In this document: piece by piece, positions 52,340 to 64,000 of the stretch
How positions within the stretch are numbered: the first letter of the stretch is position 1
Layout: every line of letters begins with the position of its first letter
Assembly: GCA_951406725.2 (NCBI GenBank)
Contig: OX597821.1
Location: 63,798,001-63,862,000 of the forward strand
Direction of reading: 5' to 3'
Length of the DNA: 64,000 nucleotides
Source: Octopus vulgaris
Lineage: Eukaryota
Program-made: the position numbers and the translations under genes
Notes under the pieces: model-generated
What the model saw: only the letters and a program-made list of their open reading frames with translations
What the model was told of the DNA's origin: nothing
Database searches by the model: none

Positions 52340-53040
52340 GAAAATTTGCATATTGAGAAAGAAGAATGAAAGAATGGAGAATACAGAGAGAGAAGGAAAG
52401 AGCGTAAGTGAGAAAGATTACGCAGAAAGAAACCGATCGGAGTAAGAGAAAGACGTATGCGGAGCGTCGATTGAACAGAGAGAAATTGAGCGATGAAGAG
52501 AGAAAAAGCAAGGAGTTACGGAACATCAGAAAGAACGTATGAGAGAAGGAAATAAATAGACTGAGGAGAGACTGGAATAGAAGGATAGAATATGAAAGAA
52601 GAAGATAGAATTAGCGGTAGTGGTCGATAGAGATTGGGGAAGAAGACCGGGAATGACAAGAAAATCGAACAAAGGAAAATGGAAAAACCACAGGGAATGA
52701 GGGATATAAGAGAATTTTGATTGAAAGAAATATGAGGTGAAGGAATGGAAGGGGAGAGTAAGTGAGTTCGTGAGGAAGAAGAGGAGAGGAGGAAGGAAGG
52801 AGGGAGAAATAAGTAGAAAGAGATAAGAGGTCAAGTAATGGAGTGGAAGAGTAAGTGATTTAGTGAGGGAGAGAGGGAGAGTGGAAAGGTAGTGGGAGGG
52901 AGAGATAGATAGGACTAGAAAAAGTGAGTGTGTATGTGAGAGAGAGAGAGAGAGAGTGAGAAAGAGAGTGAGAAAGTGAAAGAAGGAGAGAGAATCAGAG
53001 AAAGAAAGAGATAGACATTAATAGCGATCGAAGAGAAAGT
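52340..53040 (+). repeat. Long purine-rich (GA) low-complexity tract
   Basis: Direct inspection; a similar tract lies at 6930-7213. Confidence 0.8.
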
Positions 53041-53914
53041 GTGGAAGTACAGATGTTTAGACGACATTGAAAGTCTATGGGAGTGTATCAAAACTGCAAA
53101 GCATAATGCATCGATATATGTACAGGCTTCTTATTTAGCATTCAAATTATTCTTTTTCTTTTCTGAAATTTTCGTATAAAGCAGAATTTCATTTCTTGCA
53201 AAGAAACACATTTCTATTATTAGATTTTTAGATAAAAATCAACAGTAAAGCAATCCATATGGAAATTTGGAAAAAAAAAATTATTATATTTTTATGGATA
53301 CACATACAGATTAAAATTTTGAGAATAAAATGATTTTTCGTTGTCTGAAAAACAATCTTTTTTCTCGAAGAAATTAAACACGAAATATTATAACTAAATG
53401 TGTTAATAATTACAGGTAAAAATGTACATTATTAGCTTGGTATTACCACCTGCTCCAGAACAACTTTGCTTAGTTATTAACATAAAGATGTCTTGTTGCA
53501 TGGTTCCTGGTGAGCCACTTTGCAGCATCGTTTGCGCACTCATTTATTTCTTAAATTTAAAGAAATTCTCGCAGTTTGATTTTCATATGAGACAACGAAA
53601 GAGCCCCTGAGTGGTCGCTTGGTCTGCTAGAAACATCAGCAAAACCCCCTTCAAATCACACACCGCTGTGTAAGAAATGAACGCATTTGGCAATATGGTT
53701 TTGTGCTCCCTATACATTCATGAATTTTACGGTAGTACTAATTTGGATGATACGCTTCCTACATCAGGACTGCTCTAACACTAAGCAAATACACCACTTT
53801 GTTGCTTGTGAATTATGATACTATGCTCGTTCTTCAAGAAACTATGTTGATGTATATCTTTATCTTTGTGGGTTAATACATACATTCTTCCTCCTGTAAT
53901 AATCCTTTCTACAA

Positions 53915-54535
53915 TAAAAACAAGCCCTAAACTTTTCTGGGAGGGGTCTTACAGATTACATCATCCCAGGACTCGATGGACACTTAAATTATAGGCTCAG
54001 AATGTATGAAAGTCAAAGACGACCTCGGAAGAATTTGAACTCAGAATGTAAAGACGGCTAAATGCTACTAAGTTTCTTGCCTAAGGAGCTAACTTTTCTA
54101 CCAGTTCTCTGTCTTAGATCAACCTGTAATAATGGATTCAAATTTTGCCACATGGTCAGCAGGTTTAAGGAGAGGACGAACTTAATAACATCATCCCCAG
54201 TACTTAACTGGTACTTATTTTATTTTTTTGGTTCCCAAAAGGATGAAAGGTACAGTCTAAATCCGTGAAATTTAAACTAAGAAAATAAAGGAGGACGAGA
54301 TGTTGCTAAGCAACTTGCCTATCATTGTACTAACTGGCCACCTTATTTCAATAAGGCGAAATGCTTAGCGGTATTTCGTCTGTCTTTACGTCCTGAGTTC
54401 AAATTCCGCCGAGATCGACTTTGCCTTTCATCCTTTCGGTGTCAATAAATTAAGTATCAGTTTCGTACTGGAATCGATCTAATCGACTGGTCCCCTCCCA
54501 CAAAATGTCGGGCCTTCTGCTTAGAGTATAAAAGA
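53915..54535. mobile_element. Cluster of SINE B copies: two decayed (-) and one younger (+, 54354-54535)
   Basis: Family B motifs on both strands. Confidence 0.75.
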
Positions 54536-54939
54536 ATATCTGAGTTTAAAAATGAAATCATATTTAGAAATTGAATATCTTGTGTTATTTCCTATCTTCA
54601 TACATATAGTAAGCATACAAAATAGATAGGTTAAATTCTCATCGCTTTACAGTTCATTGACAAGTAATGATCATCAACATTATTAAATATACGTCTATAA
54701 TAATGCCTGTGAGTGTGTGTGTATGTATGTATGTATGTGTGTGTGTGTATTTGTATGAGATATGCACGAAGATATGCCTGTATGTCGCTATACTTATGAA
54801 TACATGCACGTATGTATTGTATGCAATTATTAATGCATGTCTGTTTGTACGTGTGTATGTATGTACGTATGTATGTATGTATGTATGTATATATGATTGT
54901 TTTGGTGTTTACATACATAAGCTAACAGGCGTGGCGCAA

Positions 54940-55345
54940 TCGTGGCTGTGTGGTAAGAAGATTGCTTTGCAACGACAGAATTTTGGGTTCAATCCTATTG
55001 CGTAGCACCGTGGGAAGTGTCTTCTATAGGCCCTGGCCGACCAAAATGCGAGTGGATTTGGTTGATGGAAACTGAAAGAAGTCTATCGTATATGTTGTTG
55101 TGTGTGTGTGTATGCGTGTGTGTGTGTATGCGTGTGTGTGTGTGTCCCAACTGCCGCTTGAAACCGGTGTTTGTGTGTTTGTGTCTCCGTAACTTGTTAG
55201 TCGGTTGGCAAAAGAGACCAATATAACAAGTACCAAGCTTTAAATATAGATACTAGGATCGATTCATTCCCTTAAATATTACTCAAGGCGTTGTCCCAGC
55301 ATGACCACAGTCTAATGACTGAAACAAGTAAAAGAAAAGATAAAG
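54940..55345 (+). mobile_element. SINE family A, diverged
   Basis: Colinear with 1643-2079. Confidence 0.8.
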
Positions 55346-57074
55346 GAGCCGTTCGATGTGGAGTGACGAGAATGACCCCTTCGTACCACATCACTCAGCC
55401 CTTACAACAGAGAGATGTCGAATAGTACAATTAACTGCCAGAGGGGAAAAAAGACGCAATCACGTAGAATGATTAAGAGATCATATATTGATATGATAAC
55501 ATGTGTGTTTGTGGGTGCGTCATGTATACAGAATAATAGACAGGCCGTCATGAGAACAAACTGTATGTGTGTATGTGGGCATAGTTGTATGTGCGTGTGA
55601 AGAACATTTAAGGATAGCAATGAGAAGAAATCTGAAAGAGTTTATAGCCATCGAAGTGAGAACTAAGTTCATAGATACAAGAAATATGATAATATTATTT
55701 CGTAGTCAGTCGTACACCGTAGTTGAAATACTGTATCAAGAAGTGGCGGCTATGATGCGGAGCCAGTTACAGGTGCAGGTACGTGAAGTCGTGGCTGTGA
55801 TGCTGCTACTTGGGTCACTAGTTACAGGAGTTCATGCAGGTTATATACTCGTTGTTGATTCGTAGTGAAGTATTGATGAACAGTGAATTGTTTGCCGAGT
55901 GAATTGCTTGCTGAGCTGTGTACGTAGAGGGATGATGTTGACGTTAAGAAGGACATGATGGCGGCGACGAAGAAGGGGGTTGCAGTAATACTGTTGGACG
56001 AAGTTGGTAATTCTCAACGTAGCTGCTGTGGCGGTGAGTTTCTCTGGCGTTGTCGCTGGAACTGGCTGTGTCTTTGTGGTCAGTTGCTAAGCCTTAAAAG
56101 GTCTGGAACCAAAGACCTCGGAACAAGAAAAACCTGAATTTTTTAAGGAAATGTAAGCTCAATCAGGGTAGTGAACAGGCTGTCCCACGCGATCCTATTT
56201 GGAGTCTCTGACTGGTTATACATGACAAGTTGGCGCAATCGAGTAAGAGACAAATTGTGCCAATACCAACCAATCTGAGTAGTGGACACAACGGGATCCA
56301 AATAGCGCCCAAAGGCTTGCTATTCCTTGATAAGTTCGAATGCACGTATATATGATAAATAGGAGAGAGGAATTTCATCTGAGACTACACTACCTTTGTA
56401 TAACAATGTTATAAGTATGCATGTACGTATGTAGCTATTTATGTGTGTGTATGACTATGTGTTTATGTTTGTATTTATACATATGAGTATGCGTGGCTAT
56501 TTTGTATGTACACATGTTTGAATGTAGGAAAATTGACAGAAAACCGAATAAAGAAATAGAAGCTTCCAGCAGCACGCATAGGACGTGGGCGTATACAGTT
56601 TTGTGCATTCCGATATGCTCAATTAGAGTTAGGAGAGAGAAAGTAATGGGTGTGAGGGTATATATGAGTGAAGAAGTTAAGGCGATTAAATGAAAAGAGG
56701 ACCAGATAAACAAGTAGTGAGAGACAGATAAACAACAGATGTTGCAGCAGAGCACTACAAATCGACAGACTGCTGTGTTTATGAAAATCTACTTGAATAG
56801 AAATTAGGAAAGAAAAGTACAGGTTAATGAAAACCAATTGGATGTCAATTACAAACAAATCGTCTAGAGAATATGAAAAACAAGTTAACTGACACCTGAT
56901 GACAGTTCGAGAAAGTAAAAAAAAGAAAAACATAAAGGCTGCAATGAAAAACTTAATTTGCGAAAAAAGTCTTCGTGAAGATTTATAATTGAGAAAAAAA
57001 TTTAAAAGAAGCAAATCAAAGTATTATAATTGAAAAGATGTCCTCCAACGATTATTGTTATTATTATTATTATG

Positions 57075-57520
57075 AGGCCGTCAAGCTGACAAAATTGTTA
57101 ACACTCCAGGCAAAATACTTAGCGGCTTGTCATTCGTTTTCACGTTCTGACTTTAAAATACCGCCAAGGTCGATTTTGCCATTCATCCTTTTGGAGTTGA
57201 TAAATTAAGTACCAGTGAAACACTAGGGTCGATGTAATATGCTTTGTAGCATATCGTTCGTTTCCAAGTTCTGAGTTCAAATTCCAACGACGTCAAGTTG
57301 GCCTATCATCCTTTCGGGGTCGACTTATTAAGTACCAGTTCAGTACTGGGATCAGTGTAATCGACCTTTTTGCTGTAGGTCCAAGACCTGAACTTTCAAA
57401 AATGCATGCCTTGTACCTATAGCCAAAAACATATACGGCGGTGAGCTTGCAGAATCGTTGTATTTCGCCTGTTACTACGTTCTCAGTAAAAATTCTACCG
57501 AGGTTGACTTTGCCTTTCGG
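57075..57520 (+). mobile_element. Three decayed SINE B units
   Basis: Repeated ttctga.ttcaaattcc...ttgcct.tcatcctt motifs. Confidence 0.7.
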
Positions 57521-57521
57521 G

Positions 57522-57934
57522 ATTTCATATCAAGATAAACAGTGCATGACCTTGCAGATGGGGCCCAGTTAGAATTTTCTTCTGGTCGAGTAGCCCATCT
57601 CGCTCAAAAGAAACCTGAATAAGGATAGTTTAAGGATGTTGAACAGACCACCCATGTTTCCAAAGGTGAATTATCCAAACCTCTAAGAATTCCTTTCAGC
57701 ATACGGCTATGATGCTCCCCCACTACGTCTGCTCATGATCAGAGATGTACATATCGTCAGCCACTAAGGTCAACTGGTTAAGGTCAAACAACTGACAAGC
57801 AAATCAGTGGTATTAAGCAGAATATTTGCTGTAGCCCACCGTTTATACCAAGACAAAACAATGTACATGATAACACTTCCAATCAGTTAGGATCAGAAGC
57901 CATGAGAGCCACTGACTGGTACTGCATCAGGGCA
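57522..57934 (-). mobile_element. 560-bp (TAA)n element, 5' portion
   Basis: Homologous to ~27670-28101, same terminus catcagggca. Confidence 0.85.
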
Positions 57935-57955
57935 TTAATTATTATTATTATTATT

Positions 57956-58049
57956 CTATGTTTGACTTTTGCTTTATATTTGTACAAGTTGGCTCCAAGT
58001 CTCACCCAGAGACCTCAAGAGACAACAGGGTTGGAAGTTCATGTTGTTG

Positions 58050-58080
<31 letters not shown>

Positions 58081-60258
58081 AAAATTATGTTTGTTTTAAA
58101 CCTTGAGATTACATAGAGAGTATTTTGCGTAGGATATGAGCAGTTCCCATGAGCACTATCTTTTGAACTTCTGCCATTTTTGGGTTTCCTGGTATCTGAG
58201 TTAGGTAGCTATCAGCCCCTTTTGCTATCATTCCCAGGGCACCTATGACAACAGGTATTGTTTTAGTCTTCAGCTTCCACATTTTGCTGATTTCTATTTC
58301 AAGATCTTTATATTTGCTCAGTTTTTGGTAGGTCTTGACAGATACGTTTATATCGATTGGGACAGTCATATCAATGAGGAGGCATGTTCTTTGTTTGAAG
58401 TTTTTCAATATGATGTCTGGCCTATTTGCATCTATCTTCCTGTCAGTTTGAATGGTGAAGTTCCAGAGGAGTGAGATGTGGTCATTTTCAAGCACTGGGG
58501 GTGGTTTGTGTTCCCACCAGTTTTTTCATGGGGCAAATCCAGGTTTTTACAGATTACCCAGTGAATATATTGTGCAGCTCTATCGTGCCTGTTGAGATAC
58601 TCTGTAGGCACTAGAAGACTGCACTTGGAGACCACATGGTCAATGGTTTCATTTTGTTGCTTGCATACACGACACGTTGGACTGCTTCTGATCTTTAATA
58701 TGTTGGCCTGGTAGTTTCTTGTTGGTAGGCATTGATCTTGAGCTGCTATGATAAACCCCTCTGTTTCAGATTTTAAGCCAGAGGCCATTAGCCATTGATG
58801 GGTCAGGGCTTTGTCGATATCTGCATTATTCGCTCTCTTTGGGTATTTGCCATAGAGAGGTTTTTCTTGCCATTTATTATTCAGAATATCTAAGGCCGCA
58901 GTTTTGGCACGGGTTTTCATGCGCCTAGCTTTTTCTGTGCTTGTTTCTTGTATATCTATCTTTAATTCCGAAATTGGTTGTATTCGGAATTCACTTAGAT
59001 ATTCCTTTGCCTGTTTTGTGACTGAGTATGATGCTTTCTTGTTTTCATGTTTTGAGACAAGTTTTAGCATCCAGTCCTCAGAGTTTTTCAGGTAGGTGTC
59101 TAGGCCAATTGTAGCAATCTTCATTGTTATTGCCAGTTGCAAAAGACCACGGCCTCCCTCTTTTCTTGGCAGATAGAGTCGTTCTGTATCTGCCTTAGGG
59201 TGGTGCATTCTATGCATTGTCAACAGTTTCCTTATTTTTCTGTCGAGCTGACATATTTCAGTAATTGACCAGTTAACAATATTGAAACTGTAAGTCACGA
59301 CTGGTATAGCTAATGCATTGATTGCTTCGATCCTGTTTCTTGCATTCAGCTCTGTCTTGAGTATTGCTCTCACTCTTCGATAGCATTCTCTCCTGATCCT
59401 TTCCTTCATCTCTGAATGCCTTATTCCGTTCCCTTCAATTATCCCTAGGTACTTGTAGCTCTCCGCTGGGTCTAGTTCTTTTATGACATTCTGTTGGTCA
59501 AGGTTAACGTTAGATGTTTCTGTCATTTTTCCTTTGATAAAGGTAGCCTTTGCACATTTATCGAGGCCGAATTGCATTCTGATGTCGTCACTGAATTGTT
59601 TGACTATCGCTAGTAAGCCCTTGAGTTGTTGATCATTTTTTGCAAAAAGCTTTAAATCATCCATGTAAACGAGATGATTTATATTTTTATCAAACATTTT
59701 ATACCCGTACTGCGCGTCATTGAGCAGCTTTGAGAGAGGTATTAAGGATAAACAAAAGAGGAGTGGTGACAGTGAGTCACCCTGGAAAATGCCACACGAA
59801 ATTTTTACATCACCAGCATTTAGGGATTCACTGTCACTGTTCAGAGTTAGTGTGGTTCTCCATGATCTCATACTTACAGTTAAGAAGTTTCGCAGAGTTG
59901 GTGCTATCTTATACATTTCAAGGCATTTCCTAATCCAGCTATGTGGTAGGCTATCAAAAGCCTTTTTATAGTCTATCCAGGCTATTGATAAGTTTTTGTG
60001 TCGTTTGTGACAATCTTCTAAGATCATCTTATTGATGAGTAGTTGGTCTTTACAGCCGTAGGATCCACGTTTACATCCTTTCTGTTCATTAGGGAATATG
60101 CTGCTGTCTGTTAAAAAACTATAGGTATATTCCGTCAGGACAGATGTTAGTGTTTTGTACATAGTTGTTAAGCAGGTTATGGGTCTATAGTTTTTTGGTT
60201 CATTTGTTTCTTCACTTTTTGGAAGCAGGAATGTTAACCCATTAACTAGCCAAGGAGG
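57956..60258 (-). mobile_element. R4/Dong retrotransposon, 5'-truncated, one frameshift (~58521); same family as 30819-33238
   Basis: ORFs 58432-60162 (576 aa: EQKG, YKKAFDS, QGDSLSP, YMDD, CCHC) and 58109-58495 (RLE); (TAA)n on both sides. Confidence 0.95.
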
Positions 60259-60261
60259 CTA

Positions 60262-60336
<75 letters not shown>

Positions 60337-60339
<3 letters not shown>

Positions 60340-60921
60340 TAGTTTTATTTTTATAGCGTGCTTTCACTTCACTACCGAGCACAGCTCTGTGTGCCTTAGG
60401 TATGTGCTGTGATTTGTTGTGATGCTCTGATGGTTATTGTATGGATAGTGTTCTGCGTAGGATGTGTGCAGTGCCTAGTAGTGCAATTTTCTGTATGTTA
60501 TATGTGTTTGTAAGTCCTGGTGTTTTTGTTATGTATTTGTCTGAATATTTTTTTTCATACCTAATGCACCTACTATGATAGGAATTGTTTCTGTTTTCAG
60601 ATTCCACATTCTAGTTACCTCTATTTCCAGGTCTTTGTATTTTGAGAGTTTCTCCATTTCTTTTAGAGACACGTTGTCATCTGCCGGTATTGATACATCA
60701 ATTAGAAAGCAGTTTTTTTCTTCATGATCTCTGACAACTATATCTGGTCTGTTGGCCTTAATTTCTCTATCTGTGTGTATCGGCATATCCCAGAGTATGG
60801 TTGCTTTCTCGTTTTCTGTGACCTTTTCTGGTGTGTGCCTATACCATCTTTTTTCTGTTGTTATTTCATAATGTTGGCATAGCTTCCAATGTATGTAGGT
60901 TCCAACTCTGTCATGTCTCTG
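60337..60921 (-). mobile_element. R4/Dong second family, 3' fragment (RLE + 3' UTR)
   Basis: RHDRVGTYIHW...NRPDIVV...LIDVSIP...KLSKYKDL...PIIVGALG; flanked by (TAA)n. Confidence 0.9.
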
Positions 60922-60927
60922 ACATGA

Positions 60928-60987
<60 letters not shown>

Positions 60988-61072
60988 CATCATCATTATC
61001 ATTATCATTATTATTTTTATTATTATTATTATTATCATTATTATTATTATTTTCATTATCATCTTCTTCCAA

Positions 61073-63270
61073 TTCTGTTTCCATTTCATGCCAAGTGTCT
61101 TCCTGACGCTTAGGGCAGAGAAACGCAGTGTATACATTAGTAGGCCAATAAAATAAACACACCAGATTGTTCATTTACAAAGTCCTGTGATAGAGAAAAG
61201 GGGGAAGAATAATAGAAAGAAAAGGAAAAATAAAAAAGTAAACAAAGAAAATAAAAGTGAAAAAGAAAGTCCACATCGACAATGCTCTTCTCAGTACCTG
61301 TGTCGTACCAGTTAAGACAAACTTTTTCACTTCCTGCATGGATGGTAAGCCAGGGATCATTCTTGCAATTATTGATATTGTAACTGTCATGAGATACATC
61401 ATCTTTTTGATTTCGATTAGAAAATCTTTATACTTTCTGAGCTTATCAAATTTTTTACCGAGATATTATGGTCATTGCGTATACTATTGTCAATCAATAA
61501 ACAAACTTCATTCTTTTGGTCTTCCACAACAATATCTGGTTTATTCGCTTTGATGGAGGGATCTGTACACACTGGGAAGTCCCATAGAATAGTTACATTT
61601 TTCCCTCAGTTACAGCCTCGGTGTGGTGCTTGTACCATTTGTCAGTAGTTTTGATTTTATAATGCCGGCACATTATCCAACGTAAATTTTGGCCAACTGT
61701 GCCATGTCTTGATTCGTACTCTACGGGCACTAAAACCTTACACCCAGAGATTACGTGGTCCACTGTTTCAATCCCATTGTTGCATTATCGGCATTTTGGG
61801 TCTACACCATTTTTCATTACACTGGCTTGAGAGTTCCGGGTCAATAAGCCCTGATCTTGAACAGCCAATATAAAGCCTTTACTCTCTGCCTTTAGCTCTG
61901 AGCTCCGTAGTCACTGATGAATGTGCTTCTGGTCTAAATCAGCTTGTTTGCTACGGGCCACATATTTGCCATGCAGCGGTTTTTGTTTCCACCTATCAAC
62001 CAATTGTTCAAACGCATTTTGCTTTGCTATTGATTTCACCTTCTTTGCAACTACAATTGCCGCACTGCCATCAGGCTGTTCAAACTTGGTATTATGCATA
62101 AAGTTTTTGGTCTACTTCATAACAGAATGAAGTTTCTTACGTCTTTTATGGTTTTCAACGTGTTTTAACATCCAGTCTTTAGATCTTTCAAGATATTTTC
62201 CCAGTTCAATTTTGTTGGTTTTGTAGAATATTTAAAATTGTATCTGCCTTTGGGTGGTGCATCTTATTGTAAGTCAGCAACTTACGGATTTTCCTATGAA
62301 TCTTCCTTATTTCGCTCATATTCCAGTTCAACATATTGAAACTGTAAATAACAAGAACTACTAAGAAATTTATAGCTAACACCTTGTTACGTGCATTTAA
62401 CTCAGATTTTAGAACTATTCGAACTCTCCTGTAACATTCTTTCCTGATGTTGTTTCATGCTTGCATGTTGTATGCCAGAGTCCTCATTTATTCCGAGACA
62501 TTTGTACGTTTGTTCCTGCTCATGTTCTTTTATGACTGTGTAAACATCCAACACCACTGGGTGTGAGGTCTTCAATTTCTCTTTCTGGCCTTGGAACATT
62601 TATCAAGACCAAATTCCATCCCGAACTCATCACTGAATTCTTTCATAGTACGTAGTAGTCCTTCAAGATCATTATCGTTTTTGTCAAAGAGTTTTAAATT
62701 ATCCATTCAGAATAGATGACTTATTTTCTTGTCAACAATTTTATATCCATACCCTGTTCTGTTAAGTTCAGTTGTAACGGGTATTAGGGCTATACAAACT
62801 ATTAAAGGTGAATGTGAATCTCCTTGGAAAATGCCGCAGCCGACATTAATATTTTTTTGTGGTCTGTACTCCATTAGAGTGATATGATTGGAGATTCGTT
62901 TTCCCTACTGGAATGTTTTGCGTCAGAAAGTTTGAAATCGCAGGAGAAATTTTGAAGATATCCGGCGATTTCAAGATCCATGAAAGCGGTATGCTGTCAA
63001 AGGCTCGTTTATAATCAATTCATGGAGAACTGAAATTTCTGCGTTTGTTATGACAGTTCCCAAGGATCATGCGATTGATTAAGAGTTGGTCTTTGCATCT
63101 GTATGAACCCTGTTAGCAGCTTTTTTTATTCAGTTGGGAAAATATCGTTCTGTTCCCTAATTTTGTATGTTTTCTCCACAAGGATAGAAGCTAGAACTTA
63201 ATACGTCGTAGATAGATATGTTATGGGCCGAAAGATTTGGGGGAATTTGGTTTCATTATTCTTCGGTATT
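61073..63270 (-). mobile_element. R4/Dong third family, heavily decayed RT-RLE copy
   Basis: Remnants GSYRCKDQLLIN.MIL, IDYK.AFDS, GIFQGDSHSP, YKCLGI, WKQKPLHGKY, VLTGTTQVLRRALS. Confidence 0.85.
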
Positions 63271-63274
63271 ACTC

Positions 63275-63668
63275 ATTTACTTGTTTCAGTCATTTGACTG
63301 CGGCCATGTTGGATCACCGCTTTTAGTCGAGCAAATCGACCCCAGGACTTATTCTTTGTAAGCCCAGTACTTATTCTATCGGTTCTTTTGCCGAACCGCT
63401 AAGTTAAGGGGACATAAACACACCAGCATCGGTTGTAAAGCAATGCTACGGGGACAAACATAGGTACACAAATATACACATACACACACACATATATATA
63501 GATATATACGACGGGCTTCTTTCAGTTTCTGTCTACCAAATCCACTCATAAGACTTTGGTCGGCCCAAGGCTATAGTAGAAGACACTTGCCCAAGATTCC
63601 ACGCAGTGGGACTGAACACGGAACCATGCGGTTGGTAAGCAAGCTACTTACCACACAGCCACTCCTAG
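63275..63668 (-). mobile_element. SINE family A
   Basis: Full-length reverse-complement copy. Confidence 0.9.
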
Positions 63669-63714
63669 ATAACTAATACCTTTTGCTAACCAGTCAGGTG
63701 TTTTCGTGGGACCT

Positions 63715-63717
<3 letters not shown>

Positions 63718-63782
<65 letters not shown>

Positions 63783-63808
63783 CATCATCATTATTATTAT
63801 TATTATTA

Positions 63809-63843
<35 letters not shown>

Positions 63844-63903
63844 GTTATCATCATCATTATTATTATTATTATTATTATTAATATTATTATTATTATTATT
63901 ATC
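63718..63903. repeat. (ATT)n microsatellite
   Basis: Direct inspection. Confidence 0.95.
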
Positions 63904-64000
63904 AGAGTGATTAGATGTATTTTTGTATAAATCCTTATGTCTTTAGAATTATACCAGGTGTTAATGAATGATATTTTTTCAAACTTGCGGGCATCTGTCA

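Overview
This is eukaryotic, very AT-rich, repeat-saturated DNA with no confidently identifiable host gene, so it is intergenic or inside a giant intron. The SINE repertoire and microsatellite load point to an octopus (coleoid cephalopod) genome; this is an inference from recalled repeat families, not a database result. Most ORF-track entries are translations of (TA)n/(CA)n/(TAA)n microsatellites. The only clear coding sequences belong to transposons: five R4/Dong-type RLE non-LTR retrotransposon copies or fragments (two nearly intact), an RLE 3' fragment of another family, a decayed Tx1/L1 element, a complete dead mariner, and a probable Penelope RT relic. Three tRNA-derived SINE families are abundant. 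The most notable pattern is about 9 type-I hammerhead ribozyme motifs from at least 5 unrelated sequence families (plus 2 half-motifs), almost all inside or abutting fold-back inverted repeats, including a perfect 600-bp IR; this looks like a set of non-autonomous, Penelope-type, ribozyme-bearing hairpin retroelements. One of them has a tRNA-like head, a (TAA)n spacer and a hammerhead tail, and its (TAA)n has been invaded by Dong and by a non-coding 560-bp (TAA)n-targeting element. Also seen: snap-back hairpins at Dong 5' junctions, a candidate recursive splice site, and several tandem or segmental duplications. All alignments and folds were done by eye, so many boundaries are approximate.
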